Below are positions 1 through 12,153 of a stretch of 64,000 nt of DNA, one piece after another. Every line of letters starts with the position of its first letter. The stretch's first letter is position 1. A program made the translations under genes and the position numbers. The DNA is from Mayamaea pseudoterrestris. Taxonomy: Eukaryota. Location: positions 868,001 through 932,000 of the forward strand of contig BROI01000003.1 in the NCBI GenBank assembly GCA_027923505.1, read 5' to 3'. The notes beneath the pieces are model-generated. The model was not told where the DNA came from. It did not search any database and saw only the letters and a list, made by a program, of their open reading frames with translations.

Positions 1-706
1 TCGAGCACTTCCAGCGTCTTGGATAGACTGCAACGCCAAGGTTGGATGTGTACAGTTGCCCAAGAACACATCAATTAATACGAATGGGGCAGGAGATGCT
101 TTTACCGCCGGACTTTTGGTAGCTGCAATGCTGCGACACACAGGCCTCACAATGCCGAGCGATATTTCGCCTTCTGTTGTAAGCAGTCCGCGTGCGCCGC
201 CTGCAAGTTCATTGACTCGAAAAGAAACCATTCCTGCAAGTGGCAAGTCCAAGCCTGACAAGAAACTTACACCCTACTCTCTATTCATGAGGGAGCACTA
301 CATCTCTTTGAAGAAGAAATGCAACGATGACAAGAAAGCTATCTTTTCGACATGTCATGAAATGTGGGAGAACTTGACGGAACACGAGAGAGATTTGTAT
401 GAACGAAAGGCGGCGGACGAAAATGAGGACACTGGCAAGCCGGATGCGGTTGCATTGAGTGTATTGACAGACATTAACGTATTAGACTCCACTGATCCGA
501 AGCACGCACCGAGCCCCAGGGAGTCGGACACTCCCCGCAGTATGTACATGACAAACCGATCATTGACCCTTGAATCGGCCGTAACATTTGCCAGCCTAGT
601 GGCGGCGTACCACGTTGACGAAAGTACGAGGAACCGACAGCACATTGACATGAGCAAGCTTATTGAGCGAGCTACAGTTGTACCGAAAGGTCTTGAAGAA
701 ATATAG
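1..706 (+). CDS. 3' part of a PfkB/ribokinase-family kinase with an inserted HMG-box-like domain (5' end outside window)
   Basis: PfkB signature NTNGAGDAFTAG; HMG-like LTPYSLFMRE...HEMWENLTEHERDLYERKA; terminal PfkB-type helix LESAVTFASLVAA. Confidence 0.7.
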   Translation, partial: RALPASWIDCNAKVGCVQLPKNTSINTNGAGDAFTAGLLVAAMLRHTGLTMPSDISPSVVSSPRAPPASSLTRKETIPASGKSKPDKKLTPYSLFMREHYISLKKKCNDDKKAIFSTCHEMWENLTEHERDLYERKAADENEDTGKPDAVALSVLTDINVLDSTDPKHAPSPRESDTPRSMYMTNRSLTLESAVTFASLVAAYHVDESTRNRQHIDMSKLIERATVVPKGLEEI

Positions 707-1093
707 CATGCCGAAGCAAAGATACAAATATGAGCTGTTGTTCTGGTTCAGGTCCCTTAGCGACTCATGCAATTATGTATGCCTTACTCATCCAGTTCGT
801 GAAAGGTGGCGTTTATTACTTAGTTTGCCGGCACAAGATTTGATTAGAGCATAATTTCGATTTACTTTGAAGGCTGCTCGTTGCAATGTTTGGAGCTTGC
901 CAATGTACGCTTTCACGGTTAAAGCGAATCAAACACGTTTAAATGTGTCGCACCGGCTTGAATAACGGTGATTGATACGTCGCGCCGAGCCGCGCTGTTC
1001 GTGAGGTTGATCCCGAAATGCATTTGATGCGATTCATCCAAGCGCCATCATATCCTTTCATCCGCAGGTACTTCTACATTTAGTATATACGGT

Positions 1094-2691
1094 ATGCTGC
1101 GATTCAAGAAATCTGGACAGAAACCATTGTCCCGCAAGACGACAGTGTGGCATTGGCGTGGCGCGCGAGCGGTGGCTCGAAGCAATTTGGCTGCAACGCA
1201 TGACAATCGATCCGCTTCGTATGGCAAACTAGCTTTCTACCAGCAGCTTGGTTCCAATGACGGCTGCCTCGATTCATCGTTGGTGAGCGTGAGCTCGTCG
1301 ACGAACAACGAATTGCTCGCACCATGGTCGACTGATGTCTCGTCGCAGCGTTGCTTGTTTGCGACACCGATCAGATCCGACGAATCGCGCGACGACCAAA
1401 ACACTCCTCCATCCTGCAACAACCACGAAACTGATTCTCTTGTTCAATTTGATCCTCGCCGCCACGACAAGTCTAAGCGTGTCATCTATGGAACGGTGCG
1501 AAGTCTTTTGCCTGGGCCTTTTCGCCCAGCGGCGGCGTCCATTGTTCGCGGCGATGACGTCTCAAATTCACCAAATGGTTGCGGGTCCTACTACGGCGAG
1601 TTTGATGTGACTGAGACCTTTTCGTCGCCGCCAATTCCTACTAAAACCACGACTTTGGAAGATCTTAAAAGTGTCCAGCAAGATCAGACACATTTCCGCT
1701 GCCGCGCCGACGATGAGTCCGCTGCGACGCCACAATCACGCCCCTCGGATGAGATCGCGCCGCCTCCAGCTGCGACTGGATTTACAACTACTACACATCT
1801 AGGGTTCAAGGTACAGTATGGAATGACACAAATAACTCGTTCGCGTCATTCAATGAGCACTGCTGACCTTTTCTCATTGCTCACTTTGCCATTCAGATTA
1901 CTGTCGTTTCCGAGCAACTAAAAATTTACGTTGTGAACTTGCTTTCGCCTCGCGGATGCGAATGCATCCGTCGGGCCATGCAGAAGCATGTGAATGTGAG
2001 TCATTTTAGGTTTTTGGTCGCGCCTTTCCCGTGTTATTTCTCACTTTTTCAAAAATTCCCCGCAATACAGCACCTGCAAGCCATGGGCCATAGCGACATG
2101 GGGTTTCGAGCGATATACACTTACTCCAAGATGGACATTCCGTGTTGCGAGATTACGGAAATTGTGCCATTCATGAGCCTGGTTGGCACTACAATCAACC
2201 AGATTCTTGCCCACGTGTTGGATGATCCTAAAGCAATTACCTTGGCGCCTCGCGATTGGAAGGAGCCACATATGCTTCTCTATGACTTCGACAATGAACA
2301 TACCGGCATTAAAATGCATCACGATGGAAGTGATTGGACGTGGAATATGATGCTGTCGCACAATGATGAGTACAAGGGAGGTGGAACGTACATTCGGGCG
2401 CTTCGCAAGACGATCGTTCTTCGTCAAGGGCAGGTGAGTATAACGATGTACTCGAGAGCTTGATGCGATGGAGCCTATCCTGCTAACACTTTTGAAATTC
2501 AACGCGCTTCTTGCCTGGTGCAACAGGTGCTGATTCATCCGGGAAATCTTTTTCACAAGGGCGTGGATATCACGAGTGGAACGCGGCTCCTAGTTGTTTC
2601 CTTTATGGACGGGCTACCCGCCAACGTGGATGACGCTTGGTTTGACCAGACAGAAGATGGCTTGTACGAAACTGATGTTGTTTGCTTATAA
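1094..2691 (+). CDS. 2OG-Fe(II) oxygenase (prolyl/lysyl-hydroxylase-like), 4 exons
   Basis: Introns ~1811-1896, 1996-2070, 2434-2526 (GT..AG) join a frame containing MHHD, YKGGGT, LFHKGVDITSGTR; stop TAA 2689-2691. Confidence 0.75.
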
Positions 2692-3517
2692 ACTGTTTGG
2701 TATGGTTGCGTGGACCCTCCTGTTACGCTGTACAGTAGCACGTGCTGGCTCCCTACGGCACTGTGCCTCATCGATGCGCCATAATGCGCAACGTTTGCCC
2801 GTTTTTTTCATTCGCAGGCATAGAAAGCTAGCTAATATACAAGATACTTGAATAGCGCTACATTTATTGTTGGCCCCTGCCTCGTACCATACTCTGTTCT
2901 ACTCTCCTTCGATGTACCATATATTATAATACTCACAAAAGGCAGCTTTAAGATCTGTCGCATATAGCAAGTGTGAAAATCTTGGTAGGCTTCTCTTCGC
3001 TGGCTACCTTACTTCGGCTATCTTCCTGCACCCGTGCATGCCTGATCAGGTTTCCAGTGAGCAACAGGTGGTCCAAGTGCACGACTATCATCTGATGTTT
3101 TGCATCGTCAGGTGCACATCGCGCCAGGCAGGCGAACACCTCCGTTTTTTTTGAATATGCCCTTGAGTCAGTTGTGACCACTGGTCAGCTTTGAAACGCG
3201 CCACGCATCTGATGTCCACGCCAGGTCTTCCATTCCATACCCGTTTCTAATATAGCCTTCGGAGAAACTCTAATTCACTCTACTATTGCCTGATGGATTT
3301 TGTACGTCATCAAGTGAAACGTATGCCGAATCTTTCGTACGTGGGCGCTCCAGTATTCTCGTCGGATGGCCTCTCCGGCATCTGCATTGTTTCCTTTGAG
3401 GAAGTGGACAACGATCGCCCGTCAAACGAATCATGTCGGATTGCGAAACCCTCCATTTGCTTTAGATTGCTACACTGAAATACATCAACGCTTAAGGCGA
3501 AAAGGCGACCGACCGGC

Positions 3518-4310
3518 ATGGAGAGTGCCGCTGAGAAATCCGAACGCAAACGCCAACGCGAGAAACAGCGGCGAAGCGATTTGGCATCGGCGTTCGACAT
3601 ATTAGCCAACGTACTTCTACAAATTGAGCCAGGCGCGCAAGATAAAGCTGACAATCAAAGATCTGGCAAGTTAAAAACACAAGGCACACACGAGGCTGAC
3701 CATGACCATTCCATTACCCGCCTCGATCTGATTGCCGAAACTGTTGACGCTTTAACAAGATTGCATTTGGAAAACACCAAGCTAAAGAATGCACTCAGAA
3801 CTAGAGGAGGTCAAGCCGCAATAGACGAAGCACTCCAGGTAGGTTCATAACCTGTTGCCTTCAAAGCAATATGCTCATTCGGATCTGTCTAAGTTCACAC
3901 GTTTTATTTGACAGAGTGCGCAGCCTGCTGCGTATTCAGCAGCCACTGTTTCATCAGCAGGACTGCAACAAGGGATGATATACCCGACATCAGCTGGTGG
4001 ACCATGCGGACAAATGTATTCGACAAGTACTTTCCCGGGGCACTTGTCGTTGACCCAATACAGTCAGGCAGCAGCGACGACTTCGGTCTATTCGCCTAAT
4101 TTAAAATTTGCAGGCGCTCCAAAGCCACCTCTCTTACAGCAACAAGGCATGAGCTACGAGCAATTGGCTCATATGGCGTTACAACAATTTAGTAGTACCA
4201 TGACCACTGGTTCATCGGCAAGGAATGCCGAGAAGATACCGTACTCTTCGTCACCGCCCAGGTCTGGGCAACCAGACAAGGAAAAGAAGCAAAGAAAAGA
4301 CGGGAGATAA
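3518..4310 (+). CDS. bHLH transcription factor, 2 exons
   Basis: Basic/helix1 ERKRQREKQRRSDLASAFDIL, helix2 TRLDLIAETVDAL; intron 3839-3914 joins in frame to ORF 3975-4310. Confidence 0.75.
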
Positions 4311-4563
4311 ATAAAGTAAGATAGAAAATGCTATCTTTCGCTTCCCTTTCGGCTTGCGGGAACACGCGTGCATTCTGACCCAGGCAACTTTCGCCCGAAA
4401 CAGTCACCTCACGGCGATAACGGCTGGGCAATTCGCATAGTGCATGTTTATGTAATCGCCGTTACGCTGTAATTTTATCTATGTATATGTATCTATCAAT
4501 AAAGGTTCAACATTTCGATATCCACGCACAACCATGAATCCAGAATATATTCCATACCCCTCA

Positions 4564-6788
4564 TTAAATCTCTTGACTTTCATTCATCGATATTTTCATG
4601 ACATGATTAAGCCGTCTGCATATGTCATGCAGAGACGAATCAATGGAAACATAAGCAGTACCCGTGTCATGCTGAGCAGCAAATTCAACGCATCTATCGC
4701 GATTCGAGGATAGCCATGTTTTATAAGCCAAAACTTGCCCCGGATTCAATATATCGACAAGATTGTGTGCCTCGCGTTGACCGATGGCGCGGCTAAGTGA
4801 ATCAGTTGCCTCACGAAGACTATCCGTCGAGATAACAGCTGCCGTCATTTGAGGGTAGCTGACGGGGATCGTCTCGTCGCCGCGTTGAGCCCTCTTGCGT
4901 AGCAACACGAATTTTTCTTCCTGATCAACGCCCAAGCCAATCTCATACGACAACAGCGGCCAGACGCGTGCAGCGTCGTTCGCATATGTAGTCAGATTGA
5001 CCTGAGGAGCCGGTTCCGGCGTTGGGGAATTCGTCGTCATCGTGTCTTGAAACGTGACTCGCTTCGTCCCAGCAGCGCGAAGATTCTCCCCATCCAATTC
5101 AAGAATCTTTGGACCGTTGGTAAGTTCGTCGCCAATTTGCTTCGAGCTCACCTTGGGCGTCGGTAGTTCAAGGCGTTCCATTCGACTTATATACTCTTCC
5201 TTGCCAGCAGTAAAGAACGTCTCCGGCTGAACTGTAAGCCAAAGTAGAAGCTTGTGGTAGCGTGGCAAGACAAGCTGCTTGAGTAAGCCATGCTGAAAGT
5301 CTTGCACTGAGCGGACAATGTCACTGCAAGGTCCTGTCGTCGCAATTACAAAAGCCAGCAATCCGGGATCCCTAACACCATCCAAGTCCGGAATAATACG
5401 GGCGAGTTCCGAAACACGAGCCTTGCGCAGCTTTGATACCATGGCAATGATCTGAGTCCTACGTTCCGCCTCAATCTTACCGTGGAGCTTGGATACTTGC
5501 GCTTCCAATGTTGAAAGGCGTTCCTTTTTGCGACGCCGACTCTTCCGGGCACTTTCACGATTTCGCTCCAACCTCTTGGCACGCTTCTCTGCCGTTTCCA
5601 CGGGCGGTACCTTTGTTTCTGGCGGTGACACAACAAAATCGGGAGGGAAGATCATTCCTTGCGGCAACATGTTTTGAAACGTAACCTGTTTTGGCGGACT
5701 TGATGGCGGTGGTCCAATGTGCGAGCGTGCATGACTACTGGTAGGTTGGGCTGAGGAAGCCTTGGCCATTGCATTCAAATCTCGTAGCCATGCCAGGTGA
5801 CGCTGCTGCTGATCCGACATGGAAGGTGCTCCGCTGCCGGCGACATGCCCATGATATTGCTGGAGAGGCGACTGTCCCTGTCGCGCCGGCGGCAGCATGA
5901 GATTCTCGTGCACTTGACCAATCAACGCCGCTGGAGAAATTGGCGACGGATGAGAACCAAACGAACCAGTACTTAAAGATGGTCGCAGACCTGCTAGTTG
6001 CGAATGCATCTGTGAAACGCGCATGTGCTGTTCATGCTGCTGTTGCAACTGTTGTTGGTGCTGGAGTTGATGCTGATGCGAGTGGGGAACGTATTGATGC
6101 GGCGCATGAACGGGTGGATATCCAGGCCCGCCTCCTCCAATAAGTGTCGCCGTCATGGAAGACAAGGAACTAGAGGAGCTTGCACTTGTCATTTCACCGG
6201 TTGGAGGAAGATGCATCTCATGTTGCTTTGGATAATGAGCCGTCCCCGTCGATGGCAAGGCAGGACGCGGATTGAAGGCACCGCTTAGAAAGGCGTGCGT
6301 CGGCGCATAAAAGTGTACAGCTGGAGTTGGCGGCGGAATGGCTTCGTCTTCCTCGTCCTCCTGCATTTGATCAAGGTGACTCAGCCCAGTGCGAGATTGC
6401 TGCGGTTGCTCTCGAGCAGGCGGCGCCAAGGTTTGAGGAACATTTCCAGTGTGATGGGTCGATGCAAAATCTGGAACGGCTGTTGTCGCCGCTTGCTCCC
6501 CACCGCCTCCCAGAAAGAAGCTCAAAATGTGATCTAGACGTAATGTAGACAGCATAATGAAATAGTTGGCCAGTCAGCAAACGTTTTTAGAAAACTCAAG
6601 CGCAGAAAAAGCGTTCGTTTTATTCGCTAAGCAACACAAGGTCACTCACCTGTTTCACTGTCCCATGGAGCGTTAGTGTTGGGAGAGACTGGATTCTGCG
6701 AGTCAATCGATCCAAGGCTCGTCGAGGAAAAGACGCTTCTCTTATGGCCGTCTTTTCGAGCGGCCGAGTAAAATGTTGGCGGTGACAT
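4564..6788 (-). CDS. bZIP transcription factor, 2 exons
   Basis: KRAKRLERNRESARKSRRRKKERLSTLEAQVSKL; Q/H-rich N-terminus; first exon ATG 6788 (MSPPTFY...WDSET) spliced via GTGAGT..CTAG intron ~6649-6534 in frame. Confidence 0.85.
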
Positions 6789-7225
6789 GCGAAAATGGAT
6801 TCGTTGGAGCGAGCGTTCTCAATCCTTCGTCCCGACAGCTACAAAAAGTCAAACTTGTTGTTTCTTCTCCCCTGGCCTTGGTCACTGCGACAGTTAAACG
6901 ATGGACGCTGCAAAAGGGCTGACGATTTTTGTTATATAGGCGATACAAAAGCTCAATGATGGAAAGAAAAGCGTGTGGAAAAGAAGTGTGACGGGCGGCT
7001 TTTCGTGATGTCGCTCACTGTGAGCGCGGCCAGCCGACAGACGTGTCGCAACGAAACCCAGTCCTAGCTATGCTCGAGCAACTCTCCACTACCTTGTAGC
7101 GACGATATGCTTCTCCATCAACCCAGGTTTCAGTTATCTATATGAAAGGATTGTTACTCACGAGTACTGCTAGATATATTACGTACACCTGGTGGCATGT
7201 CCGGTCGTAGGTAGCAAACCCTTGA

Positions 7226-10200
7226 TTATCGAGCCTTGCCATGCATCACGTCTTCCTCCAAGGACATGAGCATTCGATTTGTAACCTTTATTTGAAGCGC
7301 GCATGGAATCAATATATCCGGACTGAGCAGTGTAGCATCGGGAAAAGTATTCAAATAGCACATCATGCCCTCCAACTCATGGTTTAAAAGGATCGGCTGC
7401 GAGAGAAAGAGAATTGCGCATCCAACACGGAAAAAGATTTTAAAACTTCGCTCCACGAGGAAGATGTCCCACATGTGGCATACAGTCGCCGATGGCATGG
7501 ACGGAAGGTAAAGAAACATAGTTTGGAACCAACCAAGAGCAAACAGCCCGACATTTAACTCGTGGTGCTCAAAATGGTCAGCAAGAACTGGAAGCTTCGC
7601 TTGGACAAGGCGCTCAAAGACAAGACACGATGTCTTCAAGCACCGAAGCTCCGGCCAATAAAAATGGCGCAGTCCATATGACGTAAAAAGCGTGTTCATG
7701 ACACGGAAACAGGTCTCTTCAACGACCAAGCTCCGGTCAATCTCAGAGTAGACTCTGGTGAGTTGATCTGAGCTAACTTGCCGAGTTGGCAAATGTCTTG
7801 CCGCACTAGCAATACATTTTGGTAGTAGGCCTTGACTTGCTTTCCATCGGATCGTATCTTGTAATATTCGAAGTAAATGCGCGACAACGTAATCCTCACC
7901 TTGACAGTAACCAACGTCAGTGTGGACGGCGGCTAGGGCATGGAGAATAAAGCTCAACTTGTTCTGAAGAACTAGCTTCATATCATCAGTCATCGCATTT
8001 CCAAGAGCGAGTTCGGCAGGTTCGATTCTTCTGCGGTTTCGTTTTAATATTCTTTCACCCATGTCCGCGGAAGAACTAGCGAAACTTCCAACATTCGTCA
8101 CCCCGCTCCAGTCGCTGACGGTATCGGTTGGCCGAAGTTCGTAATCTTGCTCGAGCGATTCATTCGCTGAAACCGGCGGTGGATTACCAGAGCCTTTGAC
8201 TCCTATTTTTACAATCCGGCTCTTGCCCCAAGTTACCAAAGCCCGAACAATCGAGTCAGTCCGAAGCCGAGCTCCCGATTTATGTGGAGGTAGATTGCCG
8301 AAGGAGCGGGAGACATCTCGTTCAATAACGCTGTGCCACTTTCCCTCATCGTTACCCATCCGTTCAAGCTCAATTAGATCGGTAGACCTTTCAATTTCAG
8401 TGGCGTTGCCTAAGGGTAAAGAGTGGTCTTGCTGCGCTTTTTCTAATGTTAACCACAACCAAAAGCTTGGTCGAACGTTTCTGTTCAATCCACCTATTCG
8501 TACGGCATCCCTGATCAACCGCTGCTCCTGATAGTCAATATAATCTCGGCACTTCCTGCTCACCATTTTTAGTTGACAAATAATAACAGGATCGCCAAGA
8601 AATGAAAGGATATTCGAAATTATTCCAGGATCTTCAGCAATTGTGATTTCAAAGGGGCTAGGTTTTGATGTTGGTACTTCCCACAGTCGACTTGGATACA
8701 ATCGTGGTTGGTCTGTACCTGACCGACTAGATATTGCCGCAATTAAATGCTCCTGAGACGACGTTCGAGGCTGAATTTCGATACTTTCACGGTGTGAATG
8801 GGATACCTCCTCCTTTCTTTCGGCTTCAAAGGAACAGTATGCGCCAATCACAGGCTTGTCATAAATATCTGATGGCCCAAGCGCAACTTGATCCTCAAAC
8901 TTAAAAACAGCGGCCGATAAAGCAACATCAACCCTCTCTGCAAAGTTATTCTCGTGCAAAACCAAACCTGCTGACGCTGGAGCATCGACGATGGGATCTG
9001 ATGCATCAGCGCACGACAACAGTTCGCACTTCGACGGCAATGGGTCTTCCACATCATACATATCAGACATCATCACAGCGGTATCCGATAAGCATGGTGA
9101 TAGTACTGGAGTCGACAACCTTTTGTCAACAGCGGCCAGATGTGCGAAACCATCAGAAGCATTCGCGCTGAATGCAGCATTCTCGTGTGATCTCGATTCA
9201 AGCGCAGTTGTCCACGAATCGTAGCCAGAGCTTTTGAATTTCTCGGCAGTTGGCGGCGCAATGAGAGGAACTGGCCTGCTACTAGACTTTGCCCTGTGTC
9301 TCCTCTTAGCACTTTTGAAGCCGGGGGGAGGCGGAGGTGGTGGAGGGAGCACGCTAGGCTGCGAGCTCTGCTTTGGAACATCTTTGCTCAGGGTATCCAT
9401 CTCTTGTGTTTCTTCACCTTCATTCAGCTCCAAGGCAAAATCGTTGGCTGCTTCAAAAGTCGGAAAAAAATTTACACACAAGGCGGACGTAACGACCTTG
9501 TCGACTTCAGGAGTTGTCGCTACAAATTCTTGATCATCGTCATTAGCGCCCACGTAGGCCACCGTAACAGAATCACTTCCGTCAGTTGTACTAGCTTGAT
9601 CATCCTCCTGAGCGGACTGGTCTTCCAAGCTCGTTTCGTCACTTTCATTTCGGTAGTACTCGACGATCCTTTGATTTTTGGAAGGTACGGCGCTTGCAAA
9701 CGGTTGGTAGTCCATCGAATTTTCTGTTAATGGTGCTTCGCTCCTTGCAACAAATCCAAGCAAATTTTGGTCGTCGAAATCACCGTAATCGTCATCGTCG
9801 TCTCCTTTCTTTTGGTAGACGGCAAAATTATCCGGCGACAAAGACTTTCGCAAACCATCTGGCAGTTGTGGCCATCCAAGCGGGTCGAGTCCATCCCAGC
9901 TGGACCCTGTTATTTCTAATCCTTTGATTCTTTCAACGCAGGAATCTTTTTCCTTTTTCTCCTCATCCGGTTTAAAACTATCGTTCAAATCATCCAGCCA
10001 GCCGCCAGTATCAAGAACATTACTTGCAACCTCTTCGACGAAGGAGGAAGCCTTCGTTAATTCAAATTCATTAAAATACACCTTATGTGTGTTCCAAGAT
10101 GGGTCAATTTGAACGTCATTAGAAAATTCTGCAAGGTCGTGAATTGATCGGAAGTCAAACGAAGTCGACGCGCCAACAGCGCCGTCACTGTCAAGATCTT

Positions 10201-11851
10201 TCTCGACAGCTTCTGGGCGTTGATTAATATCATGCAATCCAGGTTGCTGTAAAGACAATGATTCTGTATTCGGTGTAGCAGGGCGTGACATTGTTGAGTC
10301 AGCGAGAGCATCATGCGAACCATGCTCCAAATGTTGCTCAGTTAATTGCGCGGCAAGTGGTATTGTCCCCTTTGTCAGATCAGCTACTGGAGCATCTTGC
10401 AAACCATGCATCATAAGTTGCCTTGCAACTGGTAACGTCGCGTTGTGGGCAAGACTTAATGAATCAATCTCCAGTGACTCGACGGCGACTGGACAGGCAC
10501 CAAGCCCGACATTAAAGGTAGTAGCATCTGCAGTGGTTTCTGGTTCGGCCACGACCGATTCCGCGGCAAGATCTGCACGACCCGCTTGAAGGGTATTTTC
10601 GTTAACCGAATGTAAGTCAGATACGGAGCCTGTTAGACTGTAACTGCCATGATTCTGTTCTATCATGGTAGGCTGAGAAACATCCCACTCGCCCGTGGGT
10701 AGATCTAAAGGTGCATTGGTTGGGGCCTTTTCATTTGGAAATTGCAATTGTTTGATAGCCTCGTCGTCTGTTGAATCGTCATGTTCAACAGTCGACGCAG
10801 CATCGCTTGTTAATGACCCATTCTGACCCTTCCGTACTTTTTGAAATAGATGAATTCGCCGTGACTTGGAATCTCTTGACGCATTGCTCGACTCAGTTTC
10901 ATTACTCAAAGTTTGTGCGAGAACGTGTGGCTGAAGCATCCTTTCGTTAGCTTCAGGCACAACCTTGTTTGGCTTCAGCTCTAAACGCAAAGAGTACAAC
11001 TCCTTTGCATTCATTGTTTCTCGTCCATCATTCGAGTAAATTGTTGTTTTATCATTCGCCGTCTCATGTTCCGTATGAGCTGATGGTTCACTCGCGTTGT
11101 TCGCCTGACCAAGGCGCCGTCTCATGTATCGACGCCTCACCAAACTACTCCCAAATCCAGACAGTATTCCTTCCGATGGAACTTGCAGACTATCTGTGAC
11201 TTCCATTTTCTTGATCGGTGGCGTCAAGCTTCGGCTGCGTTGCTCCAAGACAAAGGATGGCACAGGCGTTGCTCCATTCTTTGGTTTGGTAGGCGGCGTT
11301 GGTGGCCTTGCAAAAAAAGAAGACTTTGGAGACGGTGTCGTTAAGATGCGACTCGAGTAACGTGCGAGCCGTATGCCGGGTACTGGGCGTCCCACTTCAG
11401 TGTCCGATGCGTAGCTCAAAGTAGTCTGAGGACGCGTCGTGGTTGGACTGGCAGGTGGCGACGGAGCTGGACTTGATGGCGCAGAGCCGCCTGGACGTAG
11501 TTGAGCTCTTCTACGATGTATCCTTGCTGCATTGAAGTGATGTCTCAGACTAACAGGTGAAAGCTTCTCCGTTGATCGCGACGGTGATCCAGCAGGAACA
11601 TGAGCACCAGCTGTTTCGTCGAAGCCTTTGTAGTCGACGCTGGTGTCAATGGATGGTAGCTTGAGATCGCCTTTTCTGTCCATTACAATCGATGTCATAT
11701 CATTCGCTTGAGAACTTCCAGGGCTTTTGGAAAACCTTCGCTTCATAATGGCATCTCGCTTGCTACGCAAGGCATTCAGCTTCTCGCTTTGACTGCCGGT
11801 CGGTGAATCCTGCGCTCCGTTCATCACTTCCGATTCTATTCTCCAAATCAA
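7226..11851 (-). CDS. Rab-GAP TBC-domain protein with long disordered N-terminus and F-box-like segment (first ATG ~11824)
   Basis: IERDVSRSF (Arg finger), GYCQG (Gln finger), WFQTMF, HMWDIFL; F-box-like PGIISNILSFL...LKMVSRKCR precedes the TBC domain. Confidence 0.85.
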   Translation of the reverse strand: MIWRIESEVMNGAQDSPTGSQSEKLNALRSKRDAIMKRRFSKSPGSSQANDMTSIVMDRKGDLKLPSIDTSVDYKGFDETAGAHVPAGSPSRSTEKLSPVSLRHHFNAARIHRRRAQLRPGGSAPSSPAPSPPASPTTTRPQTTLSYASDTEVGRPVPGIRLARYSSRILTTPSPKSSFFARPPTPPTKPKNGATPVPSFVLEQRSRSLTPPIKKMEVTDSLQVPSEGILSGFGSSLVRRRYMRRRLGQANNASEPSAHTEHETANDKTTIYSNDGRETMNAKELYSLRLELKPNKVVPEANERMLQPHVLAQTLSNETESSNASRDSKSRRIHLFQKVRKGQNGSLTSDAASTVEHDDSTDDEAIKQLQFPNEKAPTNAPLDLPTGEWDVSQPTMIEQNHGSYSLTGSVSDLHSVNENTLQAGRADLAAESVVAEPETTADATTFNVGLGACPVAVESLEIDSLSLAHNATLPVARQLMMHGLQDAPVADLTKGTIPLAAQLTEQHLEHGSHDALADSTMSRPATPNTESLSLQQPGLHDINQRPEAVEKDLDSDGAVGASTSFDFRSIHDLAEFSNDVQIDPSWNTHKVYFNEFELTKASSFVEEVASNVLDTGGWLDDLNDSFKPDEEKKEKDSCVERIKGLEITGSSWDGLDPLGWPQLPDGLRKSLSPDNFAVYQKKGDDDDDYGDFDDQNLLGFVARSEAPLTENSMDYQPFASAVPSKNQRIVEYYRNESDETSLEDQSAQEDDQASTTDGSDSVTVAYVGANDDDQEFVATTPEVDKVVTSALCVNFFPTFEAANDFALELNEGEETQEMDTLSKDVPKQSSQPSVLPPPPPPPPGFKSAKRRHRAKSSSRPVPLIAPPTAEKFKSSGYDSWTTALESRSHENAAFSANASDGFAHLAAVDKRLSTPVLSPCLSDTAVMMSDMYDVEDPLPSKCELLSCADASDPIVDAPASAGLVLHENNFAERVDVALSAAVFKFEDQVALGPSDIYDKPVIGAYCSFEAERKEEVSHSHRESIEIQPRTSSQEHLIAAISSRSGTDQPRLYPSRLWEVPTSKPSPFEITIAEDPGIISNILSFLGDPVIICQLKMVSRKCRDYIDYQEQRLIRDAVRIGGLNRNVRPSFWLWLTLEKAQQDHSLPLGNATEIERSTDLIELERMGNDEGKWHSVIERDVSRSFGNLPPHKSGARLRTDSIVRALVTWGKSRIVKIGVKGSGNPPPVSANESLEQDYELRPTDTVSDWSGVTNVGSFASSSADMGERILKRNRRRIEPAELALGNAMTDDMKLVLQNKLSFILHALAAVHTDVGYCQGEDYVVAHLLRILQDTIRWKASQGLLPKCIASAARHLPTRQVSSDQLTRVYSEIDRSLVVEETCFRVMNTLFTSYGLRHFYWPELRCLKTSCLVFERLVQAKLPVLADHFEHHELNVGLFALGWFQTMFLYLPSMPSATVCHMWDIFLVERSFKIFFRVGCAILFLSQPILLNHELEGMMCYLNTFPDATLLSPDILIPCALQIKVTNRMLMSLEEDVMHGKAR

Positions 11852-12153
11852 TTGCAGTAATCTACAACCCTTGATCTATTGTTTACAATAGATACCAGCA
11901 GCGACCACAGAATAATGTATAGAACGATGGCTTGACGGCTACACTGTAACAAGTTGAGCGGAATGGTCGTCGTGATCGGCTGGCCCGACGCGATACGGTT
12001 CACAATCCGCCGAGAAACCGAGGTCTGACCTGACTGCGTGGCACCGAAGTGTACGGTATGCATGTATACACTCTACATTGCCATTGCATAGCAAAATCGC
12101 TTACAATTAACACATCTTGTATTGGTTTATTCGTAATCTTTCTATTAATGCGC

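Noticed and set aside
3293..3478. Upstream ORF or extra exon for the bHLH gene
   Set aside because: I found no in-frame splice to the bHLH ORF and no homology cue
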